A stretch of DNA of 64,000 nucleotides. Origin: Actinomycetota bacterium (GTDB lineage Bacteria > Actinomycetota > AC-67). Positions 36,785-45,163 of the stretch are shown here, in pieces; position 1 is the stretch's first letter; each line of letters starts with the position of its first letter. The notes beneath the pieces were generated by a model. It had not been told where the DNA came from, ran no database searches, and was given only the letters and a program-made list of their open reading frames with translations. Location of the stretch: positions 590 to 64,589 of the forward strand of contig JBKKCR010000096.1 of assembly GCA_046712825.1 (NCBI GenBank). Direction: 5' to 3'. The translations under genes and the position numbers were made by a program.

Positions 36785-38533
36785 TCATGCCGATGCTGCG
36801 CTGGGCTCCCCGGATCCGATGTAGCCCTCACGCTCGAGGTGCAACACGATCTGCTGGGCGGCTTCCTCAGGCGTGAGCTCGGTGGTATCGATCGTGATGT
36901 CGGCGTCCACGGGCTCCTCGTATGGATCCGAGATCCCGGTAAACTCCTTGAGGATCCCGGCGCGGGCCTTGGCGTAGAGCCCCTTCCGGTCGCGCTCCTC
37001 GCAGATCTCGAGCGGCGTCGCGACGTGGATCAGCACGAACCCGCCCATCGGCTCGATCATCCCGCGCACCTCTTTGCGGATGCTGTCGTAGGGCGCGATC
37101 GGGGCACAGATCGCTATGCCGCCGTTCTTGGTGATCTCGGACGCCACATAGCCGATGCGACGGATGTTGATGTCGCGATGCTCGCGGGAGAAGCCGAGCT
37201 CCGAAGACAGGTTCTTGCGAACCAGATCCCCATCGAGCATCGTGACCGGCCGCCCGCCCATCTCGAGGAACTTCACGAACAGCGCGTTCGCGATCGTCGA
37301 CTTCCCCGATCCCGACAGCCCGGTGAAGAAGACTGTGAGTCCCTGCTTGTGCCGCGCCGGATGCGTCTTGCGTAGCTCGGTGACGACCTCGGGGAACGAG
37401 AACCAGCTCGGGATATCGCGACCGTCCCCGAGCCGTTCGCGCAGCTCGGTTCCCGAGATATCGAGCACGCGCTCGCCTTCGGGCACCTCGTCCTCGGGGA
37501 AGTACGTGTCCCGGTCGGGCACGTAGAGCATCTGGCGGAACGGCACCATCCCGACGCCCAGTTCCTCCTCGTACTTCCGGAGCAGGTCCTGCGCGTCGTA
37601 GGGGCCGTAGTAGGGCGTTCCCTCGGGATCCTTGCCCGGTCCGGCGTGGTCGCGTCCCACGATGAAATGGGTGCAGCCGTGGTTCTTGCGGATGATCGCG
37701 TGCCAGACGGCCTCACGCGGTCCGGCCATGCGCATCGCCAGCGGCAGCAACGCCAGCTTCGCCGAGTACGACGGATAGCGATGCATGAGCGCCTCATAAC
37801 AGCGGACGCGTGTGTAGTGGTCGACGTCGCCGGGCTTGGTCATCCCGACCACCGGGTGCACGAGTAGGTTCGCCTCGAGCTCCTTGGAGGCGCGCAGCGT
37901 CAGCTCGAAATGCGCGCGGTGCATCGGGTTCCGCGTCTGGAACGCGACGATCTGCCGCCACCCCAGTCGCGAGAACTCCTCTCGGAGCTGCCGTGGCCCG
38001 AGGCGAAGTCCCGTGTAGTCGTAATGGATCGGCAGTTGGAGCCCCTCGATCTTGCCGCCAACGAACCACGCGTGCGTGCGGTCGGCCAGGTGCCCGACGC
38101 CGGGATGAGAGGTGTCGGTGTTTCCGTACACCTGCTCTGCCTCGGCCATCCGATCCGGCTTCCACACGTCGGTGATGTGGAGGACGGCGAGCATGACGCC
38201 TTCGGGATCCCGCAGCGCGAGCGCAGCGCCCGACCCGAGGCCCTTCGCGACGTCCTCGGTGACGTCGAGCACGACGGGGATGGGCCACAGCGTGCCGTCC
38301 GCCAAGCGCATGCGCTCGCAGACCTCCCGATGGTCCGCCTCCCCCATGAACCCCTCAAGCGGAGAGAAGCCGCCGGTGAGCAAGAGTTCCAGGTCGCAGA
38401 TCTGGCGGGGGGTCAGGTCCCAGGACGGCCATTCGCGGGAGGCGACCTTGAGCTGTGCCGAGCGGTTCTCGTCGGTCATGAGGTCGACGAGGCTGCCGCC
38501 GTGGGGCGGGATGAGATGGTCTTGGGCGCTCAC
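36785..38533 (-). CDS. Bifunctional sulfate adenylyltransferase (ATP sulfurylase) / adenylylsulfate kinase = PAPS synthase
   Basis: N-terminal sulfurylase (QTRNPMHRAHFEL, HFIVGRDHAGPG) plus C-terminal APS kinase (GLSGSGKSTIA Walker A, DGDLVRKNLSSELGFS). Confidence 0.85.
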   Translation of the reverse strand: MSAQDHLIPPHGGSLVDLMTDENRSAQLKVASREWPSWDLTPRQICDLELLLTGGFSPLEGFMGEADHREVCERMRLADGTLWPIPVVLDVTEDVAKGLGSGAALALRDPEGVMLAVLHITDVWKPDRMAEAEQVYGNTDTSHPGVGHLADRTHAWFVGGKIEGLQLPIHYDYTGLRLGPRQLREEFSRLGWRQIVAFQTRNPMHRAHFELTLRASKELEANLLVHPVVGMTKPGDVDHYTRVRCYEALMHRYPSYSAKLALLPLAMRMAGPREAVWHAIIRKNHGCTHFIVGRDHAGPGKDPEGTPYYGPYDAQDLLRKYEEELGVGMVPFRQMLYVPDRDTYFPEDEVPEGERVLDISGTELRERLGDGRDIPSWFSFPEVVTELRKTHPARHKQGLTVFFTGLSGSGKSTIANALFVKFLEMGGRPVTMLDGDLVRKNLSSELGFSREHRDINIRRIGYVASEITKNGGIAICAPIAPYDSIRKEVRGMIEPMGGFVLIHVATPLEICEERDRKGLYAKARAGILKEFTGISDPYEEPVDADITIDTTELTPEEAAQQIVLHLEREGYIGSGEPSAASA

Positions 38534-38729
38534 GGGTGTCCTCCGGTCTGTCGTCGGGTTTCGGCCCCGGGCCCGGGTCGGTCATACCTGGCCGGGAGGG
38601 GGTCCCCATGGTACCGGCCCGGTCGCCACCTGCCGAGACCCGAAACCGGGTCCGGAGTCCCCGCTACGCGGGAACGCTATCGGTCGTGACGGCAGGGCGA
38701 TACCCTGTGCGCCCCGCTACCGTTGTTAG

Positions 38730-39575
38730 GTGGGACACCAGATGGCCTCAGTTCCGGTCGAACAAGGGTTCGAGCTGCGCGGAGAGCGCAGCCGCTTGTC
38801 CACGCTCGTTCGCGACCTGTGGCGCTCTCGCGAGCTCGTCATCATGCTGGCGCGCAAGGACTTCTTCGTCCGCTACCGCCGCGCGTCGCTCGGAATCATC
38901 TGGGCCATCGGCCTTCCACTCGTCCAGGCGTCCGTCTTCGCCTTCGTCCTGAGTCAGTTCGCTCGGTTCGAGACACCCATCCCCTTCGCGGTCTTCGTTT
39001 TCTCGGGCGTCCTTCCGTGGAGCTTCTTCAACAACGCGGTGACGATGGGTACCACCTCGATCATCGACGGGTCGGCGCTTGCGACGAAGATCTACTTCCC
39101 GAGGGCTGTCTTGCCGCTCGTAACGGTCTTCTCGGGTTTCTACGGACTGATTATCGGCATCGTGGTCATGGTCGCGATGGCCGGCGCATTCGGCGCGCCG
39201 CTCGGCCTTCCGCTGCTCCTCCTGGTGCCGGCGATGGCGCTGCTCGTACTGCTCGCTTCCGGATTCGCTCTGATCCTGGGAGCGCTCCAGGTCTACTTCC
39301 GCGACATCAAGCACGTGATAGCGGCGATCACGCTGCCGTGGTTCTGGGCCTCCGGCGTCTTCTACCCCCAATCGGTCCTGAGTGAGGACTTCCGCCGCCT
39401 GATAGCGATCAATCCTGCGGTCGGGATGATCTCGCTTTTCCGAGCCGCGATCGGCTCCGCCCCCGCCGGCTGGGAGACGAGCGTCTTTTGGTCGATCGGC
39501 TGGGTCGTTGCGTTGTTCGTCCTCGCGGCCGTTCTGTACCGGCGCTGGGACCGAGTATGCGTGGATCTCCTGTGA
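38730..39575 (+). CDS. wzm: ABC-2 type polysaccharide exporter permease (Wzm/TagG-like)
   Basis: LWRSRELVIMLARKDFFVRYRRASLGIIWAIGLP (ABC-2 signature), 6 TM. Confidence 0.8.
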   Translation: MGHQMASVPVEQGFELRGERSRLSTLVRDLWRSRELVIMLARKDFFVRYRRASLGIIWAIGLPLVQASVFAFVLSQFARFETPIPFAVFVFSGVLPWSFFNNAVTMGTTSIIDGSALATKIYFPRAVLPLVTVFSGFYGLIIGIVVMVAMAGAFGAPLGLPLLLLVPAMALLVLLASGFALILGALQVYFRDIKHVIAAITLPWFWASGVFYPQSVLSEDFRRLIAINPAVGMISLFRAAIGSAPAGWETSVFWSIGWVVALFVLAAVLYRRWDRVCVDLL

Positions 39576-39600
39576 CGAGGAGACCGAAGGGCTCGCGCGC

Positions 39601-40845
39601 ATGACGCAGCGCGGCCGCGTCCATCTCGACGATGCCGGAAAGCGGTACGTCAAGTACGACGACGTCCCTCTTCTGCTCACCCGCGCGTTGCGTTTCCGCG
39701 CGGGGCACAAGAAAACCCATCTCTGGGCGGTCCGGCATGTAAACCTGATGGTAGAGCCTGGGGAGACCGTCGGCGTCATCGGACGCAACGGCTCGGGAAA
39801 ATCCACGATGTTGCGGATGCTCGCCGGGGTAACGGCCCCGACGGAGGGGGTCGTGACCGTTCACGGGCGCGTCGCGCCGCTCATCTCCGTCGGCGTGGGT
39901 TTCCACCCCGAGCTGACCGGACGCGAGAACGTGTACGTCAACGCGACGGTGCTCGGCATGCGGCGTAAAGAGATCGACCAGCTCTTCGATTCGATCCTCG
40001 AGTTCTCCGAGATCGAGAATTTCATCGACACCCCCGTCAAGTTCTACTCGTCGGGGATGTTCGTGCGACTCGGCTTCGCCGTCGCGGTCGCTGCGCGGCC
40101 GGACGTGCTCCTGATCGACGAGGTGCTCGCCGTCGGCGACGTCGCCTTCCAGGCCAAGTGCTTCGACCGCATGGAGGAGATCCGCAGTCAGGGGACGAGC
40201 GTGCTCGTCGTCAGCCACAACCTGAACGCCGTCCGGCTGCTGTGTAAAAGGACCCTCGTTCTGCACAACGGCGAGATGAAGTTCCTCGGCGACACCGATG
40301 CGGCGATCTCCCTGTACCACGAACTACTCGCGGTCCCCGTCGAGGAGCCGTCCGAGCCGGGCAACCAGGCGGCTCCCGTCCGGATCGAATCGTTCGCCAT
40401 GGTGGGGGAGAACGGGCTGGCGACCAACCATGTGAAGTTCGGTGAGGACGTGGCCTTCGTGCTCGAAGCGGAATTCCTGGCCGCCGTGCCTCGCCCGGCC
40501 TTCTCGTTCGTCCTCGCCAACGAGAAAGGCCAGATCGTCTACTCCGACGACGCGCACAACGCGGAGTTCCAGCGCTCATACCAGGCGGGAGAACGGGCAC
40601 GGTTCGAGGCGAGGATCCGAGCTACCCTTCCGACCGGCACATACAAAGCGCGCTGCGCGGTTCGATGGAAGGTCGGCGAAGAGGTCGACCGCGCCGCGCG
40701 CTACGTCACCTTCTTCGTGTCGGGGCGTCCGTTGGTGAAAGGCCTCGCCGATCTCGAGGCGGCGTTCACGGTTGAAGGAGGGTCGTCGGCCCTCACGGAG
40801 GCCGAGGCGACGCCGGTCGAACCGCTCGAGTCGGACGCGGGGTAG
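39601..40845 (+). CDS. wzt: ABC exporter ATPase (Wzt/TagH-like) with C-terminal carbohydrate-binding (Wzt_C-like) domain
   Basis: GVIGRNGSGKSTMLRMLAG, LSGG-equivalent YSSGMFVRLGFAVA, D-loop; ~190-aa C-terminal beta-rich extension. Confidence 0.8.
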   Translation: MTQRGRVHLDDAGKRYVKYDDVPLLLTRALRFRAGHKKTHLWAVRHVNLMVEPGETVGVIGRNGSGKSTMLRMLAGVTAPTEGVVTVHGRVAPLISVGVGFHPELTGRENVYVNATVLGMRRKEIDQLFDSILEFSEIENFIDTPVKFYSSGMFVRLGFAVAVAARPDVLLIDEVLAVGDVAFQAKCFDRMEEIRSQGTSVLVVSHNLNAVRLLCKRTLVLHNGEMKFLGDTDAAISLYHELLAVPVEEPSEPGNQAAPVRIESFAMVGENGLATNHVKFGEDVAFVLEAEFLAAVPRPAFSFVLANEKGQIVYSDDAHNAEFQRSYQAGERARFEARIRATLPTGTYKARCAVRWKVGEEVDRAARYVTFFVSGRPLVKGLADLEAAFTVEGGSSALTEAEATPVEPLESDAG

Positions 40846-41029
40846 CACAGGGGGAGGAAGGTCGTCGCCATGTGACACCTGATCGTTGACTGGTTATCTG
40901 GCCGGAGGGGGCGGAAAGTTCCTTCTGATTCGGGAAAAACCTAGTGGCGAAGCGGCAGGAACTTCCGGAATCATGCCGAATCAGGTGTTGTCCTAGGGAA
41001 AAAGTTGTCTTCGCTGACGTCCGGGGGGG

Positions 41030-42478
41030 ATGCGCGTGCGATATCGGATCGGGGCAGTCGTCGCCGTACTTGCTTTGCTTGTCACCGCCATGGGCATTCC
41101 ATCGGCGACGGCGAGTGGCAGTCCATATGTGACACGGCTCCGGGTCGAGCTGTCGGGAACCAGCGACTGGCAATACCTCCGTATCTCCGACAGCGGGATC
41201 GCCAGCTACCACCCAGACGTCCTCGCTTCGGGCACGACGGTAAGCCGTGGCCCGAACACCATGCTCATCGCCGGTCCGGGATACCAGAACGTTTCGGCGA
41301 CGATCAGCATGGTCGTGGAGACGTACAACGCGAACTCGTTCAACGTATCGCTGGTTAAAGGCAAGATCGGCGAAGCCCATATGAAGCTCTACCGGCTCAA
41401 CGACTCCACGCCCGTACAGATCCTGAGCTTGAACAACTACGAGACCAGCGGCGATGCGACGGTTTCCGCCACCGTCTCGCGGGCGACGCTGGTAGCCAAC
41501 GGGTACACCATGCCGCGTATGGACCCTCGGCGTCTGGTTCTCTCTTTCTACTACCCCTGGTTCGGTGAAGGCTCGTTCGACAAGGGACCCTGGTACGACA
41601 CTCCGACGGGACCCTACGACACCAAGAAACCCAGCGAGGTCTCCAAGATCGTGGCCCAAGCCCACTACGCGGGCGTCGACGGCTTCGTCGTGTCCTGGGA
41701 CGACGTCGGAGATCACACCGCCGCGTTCGACCTCGCGATGAATGAGCTCGCGACCCGTTCGATGTACGTCTCCCCGGTGATCGAGCTGCTCATGTTCAAG
41801 ACGTCCTCGGGAGCTTTCGACGTGCCGAAGATCATCGACACGATGAAGAAGGCGCTCCAGCGCTCTTCCAACCCCGCGTTCTTGAAGGTCGGCTCGCGGC
41901 CCGTGCTGTGGACCTTCGGGATGTGGGAGATGGACGTTCCGACCTGGACTGCGATCCGCGCCGCGGTGGTCTCCGCCGGATACAACCCCTTCTTCATAGG
42001 CGAACCCATGTCGACGGAGTGGGGATTGGACGGCACGTACTACTACACCCCGAACGGCATGACGTACGACGGCATCGTCTCGAAGTTCAGCCAGATCAAG
42101 CGTCAGCTGCGTTACGACGCGCAGGTGAACCCGCTCGTCAAGCAGCGCCTGTGGGCGGCACCGGTGTCCCCCGGCCAGAACCTGTCGTACACGTCGCCGC
42201 TGTTCCCGCAGCATCAGGACCGTAAAGACGGGGAGCGCTACGACCAGACCTGGAGTGCGGCCCTCACCTCGGAGCCCGAATGGATGCTCGTCACTTCGTG
42301 GAACGAATGGTTCGAAGCGACGCACATCACCCCGAGCGAGAAGTTCGGATCGAGGGCACTCAACCAGACGGCGGCGTGGAGCGATGCTTTCCACAACCCG
42401 CAGCCTTGGGGCCAGGGGGAGAGCCAGGGTGGCTTCTTGCCCATCAACCTCCCGCTGAAATTCGGCCCGGGCAAGTAG
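41030..42478 (+). CDS. Secreted GH99-like protein, copy 2
   Basis: Signal peptide; RRLVLSFYYPWFGEG...VDGFVVSWDDVGDH...WMLVTSWNEWFEATHITP; paralog of 14059..15540. Confidence 0.55.
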   Translation: MRVRYRIGAVVAVLALLVTAMGIPSATASGSPYVTRLRVELSGTSDWQYLRISDSGIASYHPDVLASGTTVSRGPNTMLIAGPGYQNVSATISMVVETYNANSFNVSLVKGKIGEAHMKLYRLNDSTPVQILSLNNYETSGDATVSATVSRATLVANGYTMPRMDPRRLVLSFYYPWFGEGSFDKGPWYDTPTGPYDTKKPSEVSKIVAQAHYAGVDGFVVSWDDVGDHTAAFDLAMNELATRSMYVSPVIELLMFKTSSGAFDVPKIIDTMKKALQRSSNPAFLKVGSRPVLWTFGMWEMDVPTWTAIRAAVVSAGYNPFFIGEPMSTEWGLDGTYYYTPNGMTYDGIVSKFSQIKRQLRYDAQVNPLVKQRLWAAPVSPGQNLSYTSPLFPQHQDRKDGERYDQTWSAALTSEPEWMLVTSWNEWFEATHITPSEKFGSRALNQTAAWSDAFHNPQPWGQGESQGGFLPINLPLKFGPGK

Positions 42479-42773
42479 CGCGTTCGATCGTCCGCGGGCC
42501 TGAGCGAGCCTCGGTCCGCCATGCGATACCCTTGCCTGTAAATGGCCGTTCTTCGACTCAGGCAGGTATCAGATCCGAACGCGTAAGCAATCCACCGAAC
42601 CCAAAGAAGCCGGCGGAGGACAAGCTCCTGCGGCCGAATCGCCGCCTCCGGCCGAGCCGGTAGCGCCGCCGACGCCGGCCCCAGCCCCAGCCCCAGCGCC
42701 TACACCCCGACCGCCGCGGCTGCAGTTCCGTGCCCCATCCCTGCGCCTGCTCATCGCGGCGGCTCTCATCGGT

Positions 42774-43328
42774 GTGATCGCCGCGGGCATCGCGGCCGCC
42801 TCGGTTCTTCGCCAGCCGGCCCGCTATTCGAGCCGCGCAGTGCTCGTCATCGACCAGCCGGGGCTCATCGCGAGGAGCTTGAGCGAGGGCGTTCTCGTGA
42901 AGCTCAACCAGCTTCGAACGAAGTACGCGCTTTTGGCCAGGACCGTGCAAGTAACCAAGCCCGTCGCCGATAAGACCGGCTTGCCCCCGGGTCTCATCGC
43001 CGGCGCGATCAACGTGTCCTTACCGGGCCCGTCGCTGATCATGGTGGTGGAGGCAAAAACCGGACAGCCGCCCATCTCGCGGGTCGTGGCTGATGCGACG
43101 GCCGAGCAGCTGGTCGCGTTGGTGAAAGCCGAGCAGGACGCCGCCAAGCCGGCCATCGCTCCGGAGTCTCGGATCCTATTGACGATCGCAGCCCCGGCTC
43201 AGCCCGGCGTCAAGATCCTGCCAACCCGTGATCGAGCGATGATGGTCGGAGCTCTCTGGGGCGTCCTCGCCTTTGCGGGCACGATAGCTTTGGTCGAAAC
43301 CTTCGGAGCCATGCGCAGAAGACGTTGA
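42774..43328 (+). CDS. Small Wzz-like (chain-length-regulator/PCP-like) bitopic protein; true 5' end uncertain
   Basis: YSSRAVLVIDQP (Wzz N-terminal motif) after a TM; C-terminal TM MMVGALWGVLAFAGTIALV plus RRRR. The open frame extends back to 42504 (Pro/Ala-rich stretch then a TM) but the first canonical start is GTG 42774, inside the TM. Confidence 0.45.
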   Translation: MIAAGIAAASVLRQPARYSSRAVLVIDQPGLIARSLSEGVLVKLNQLRTKYALLARTVQVTKPVADKTGLPPGLIAGAINVSLPGPSLIMVVEAKTGQPPISRVVADATAEQLVALVKAEQDAAKPAIAPESRILLTIAAPAQPGVKILPTRDRAMMVGALWGVLAFAGTIALVETFGAMRRRR

Positions 43329-45145
43329 TCTCGATCCTGGTCGGCGTCGCGATAGCGCTTCTCCTCGCCCGCTATCTCGTGCGGGCTTCGATAAAGGTTG
43401 CGCTCGTCGCTCTGCTGGCGACAACCCTTCTTCTCACCGGGAAGGTACTCGTCCCCGGGTCTTCATCGGGCTACACCACATTCCACCGGATCGTGCTCGG
43501 GATCTTCGTGCTCAACATCATCAGGAAGGTCGCGTTGAGACAGATCCCCCTGTCCGTCCTTTCGCCCAACCGTCTCACGATCGCGCTCGCTGGCTGGGTC
43601 GTACTCTCGTTCTCCATCGGCGTGGCTCTTGCCGATCCGACGATCTCGGTCAGCTTCTCGACGTACCTGTGGGTCTTCGTCGTGGACTACGGCGTGTTCT
43701 TCTACTTCGTGGTCGCGGCGCTCCGCGCGATTGACGACGTGTGGTGGTTCGCCCGGGTGCTCGCCGGGCTGATAGTTCTTTCGGCCGGCATCGCCGTGTA
43801 CGAACATTACTTCGGAGTGTCGGTCGCCCGGTGGTTGTCGAGGCTCATCCGTGGGCCCGGGTACCTCGGGGTCCCCGCGCTCGGGAGCCGTGGTGGCGAG
43901 GTCCGCGCCCAGGCGGGGTTCGAATTTCCGCTCGCCTACGCCTGGGCGGCTACGGCAACGCTGCCTTTGGTCGTCGTCGTCGCTTCTCGGGCCCGCCACT
44001 GGATAGCGCGTTTCGCCCCGGCTCTCGCCGTCCTTGCGGTGGCTTGGACGTACACCCGCAGCGCGTACATCGGTGTCGCAGCCGCCGGCCTGCTCCTGCT
44101 TTTGACGTCCGGCTTCGATCGCAGGATCGCCGGCATGGTCATAGCGGGAGTAGCCGTCGTCGGACTCGCGATCTCGGTCACTCCGGTGCTGAACCGCACG
44201 TTCTCGTCACCCGAGGTCTCTGGGTCGACCGAGGTCCGGGAAGAGCGGTTCCCGCTCGTTCTCTCGTCGGCTGCGGAGCGCCCCTATGTGGGCCGCGGTC
44301 TCTCGTCGGCCGTCGAGCAAGGGATCCTTGTGACGGATTCCACGTTCTTGCTCGTGTACGCGGAGATGGGTGTCGTCGGGATCACCGGGCTCGTGTTGTT
44401 GATGCTGGCCACGGTTTGCTTCGTCGCCCCTGCCATGCGCGCACCCTCACCCGACCGGCTCTTAGGAGCGGCCGCATTCTGTGGGGTGCTTCTCGGGATC
44501 GCGTCAGGAGCGTTCCTCGACACGTTCAACGTTTCGGGATCTGCGCGGGTGTTCTGGGCGATGGCTGCGCTCGGCGTCGTCGTGGCCGAGCGAGCCGGTG
44601 TTCGATGGCCGATCGCGCAAGGGAGGCATCTCCTCACGCGGGCATGGATGCCGGCGGTGGCCGTGGCCGCCGGGTTCCTCCTCATCGCGAACACCGCTCC
44701 GAGGTCGTCGCAGGTGATCAGGTTCACGACCCGGTCGCCGACCTTCGAAGCCGCCTCCCTGGGACCTGCGCCGTTCATCGGGACCATGCTCGTCAATACG
44801 ACGTGCGAGATCTTCGAGACCCGAGTGGCGACGGCCGGCCACAAGGTGACGTGCTACGACCTGCAGAGCGGATTGGGGATAGGAGACGTTCGTATCGAGG
44901 CGCCGGATGCCGCGTCACTCACCCGGGTTACGCTCTCCGCGGCAACGGTGGTGCGTCGCCTTCTCGGGAGTCCTCGCTTCTATCTGCTGGAGGCCGACTA
45001 CAGCGTTCGTCCGACGTGGGTCCGGACCGCCCCGGTGTGGATGGGGATCGCCGGCGGGGCCCTGGCGGTTCTCGTACCTCCGCTGCCGCCCGTCCGCCGC
45101 CGATCCCGCGTGCGCGGGCCGGTCGCGACACCGCTGCCTGCGTAG
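43325..45145 (+). CDS. O-antigen ligase/polymerase-like (Wzy_C family) polytopic membrane protein with ~200-aa C-terminal extra-membrane extension
   Basis: 10-12 TM; WTYTRSAYIGVAAAGLLLLL region; TTG start in TTGA overlap with the upstream stop. Confidence 0.65.
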   Translation: MISILVGVAIALLLARYLVRASIKVALVALLATTLLLTGKVLVPGSSSGYTTFHRIVLGIFVLNIIRKVALRQIPLSVLSPNRLTIALAGWVVLSFSIGVALADPTISVSFSTYLWVFVVDYGVFFYFVVAALRAIDDVWWFARVLAGLIVLSAGIAVYEHYFGVSVARWLSRLIRGPGYLGVPALGSRGGEVRAQAGFEFPLAYAWAATATLPLVVVVASRARHWIARFAPALAVLAVAWTYTRSAYIGVAAAGLLLLLTSGFDRRIAGMVIAGVAVVGLAISVTPVLNRTFSSPEVSGSTEVREERFPLVLSSAAERPYVGRGLSSAVEQGILVTDSTFLLVYAEMGVVGITGLVLLMLATVCFVAPAMRAPSPDRLLGAAAFCGVLLGIASGAFLDTFNVSGSARVFWAMAALGVVVAERAGVRWPIAQGRHLLTRAWMPAVAVAAGFLLIANTAPRSSQVIRFTTRSPTFEAASLGPAPFIGTMLVNTTCEIFETRVATAGHKVTCYDLQSGLGIGDVRIEAPDAASLTRVTLSAATVVRRLLGSPRFYLLEADYSVRPTWVRTAPVWMGIAGGALAVLVPPLPPVRRRSRVRGPVATPLPA

Positions 45146-45163
45146 CCTCGTATCCTGCGCAGT

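Noticed and set aside
42558-42950. Minus-strand ORF 42558..42950 (130 aa, Arg/Gly/Trp-rich)
   Set aside because: Antisense to the Wzz-like gene frame, which has coherent TM, linker and motif features.
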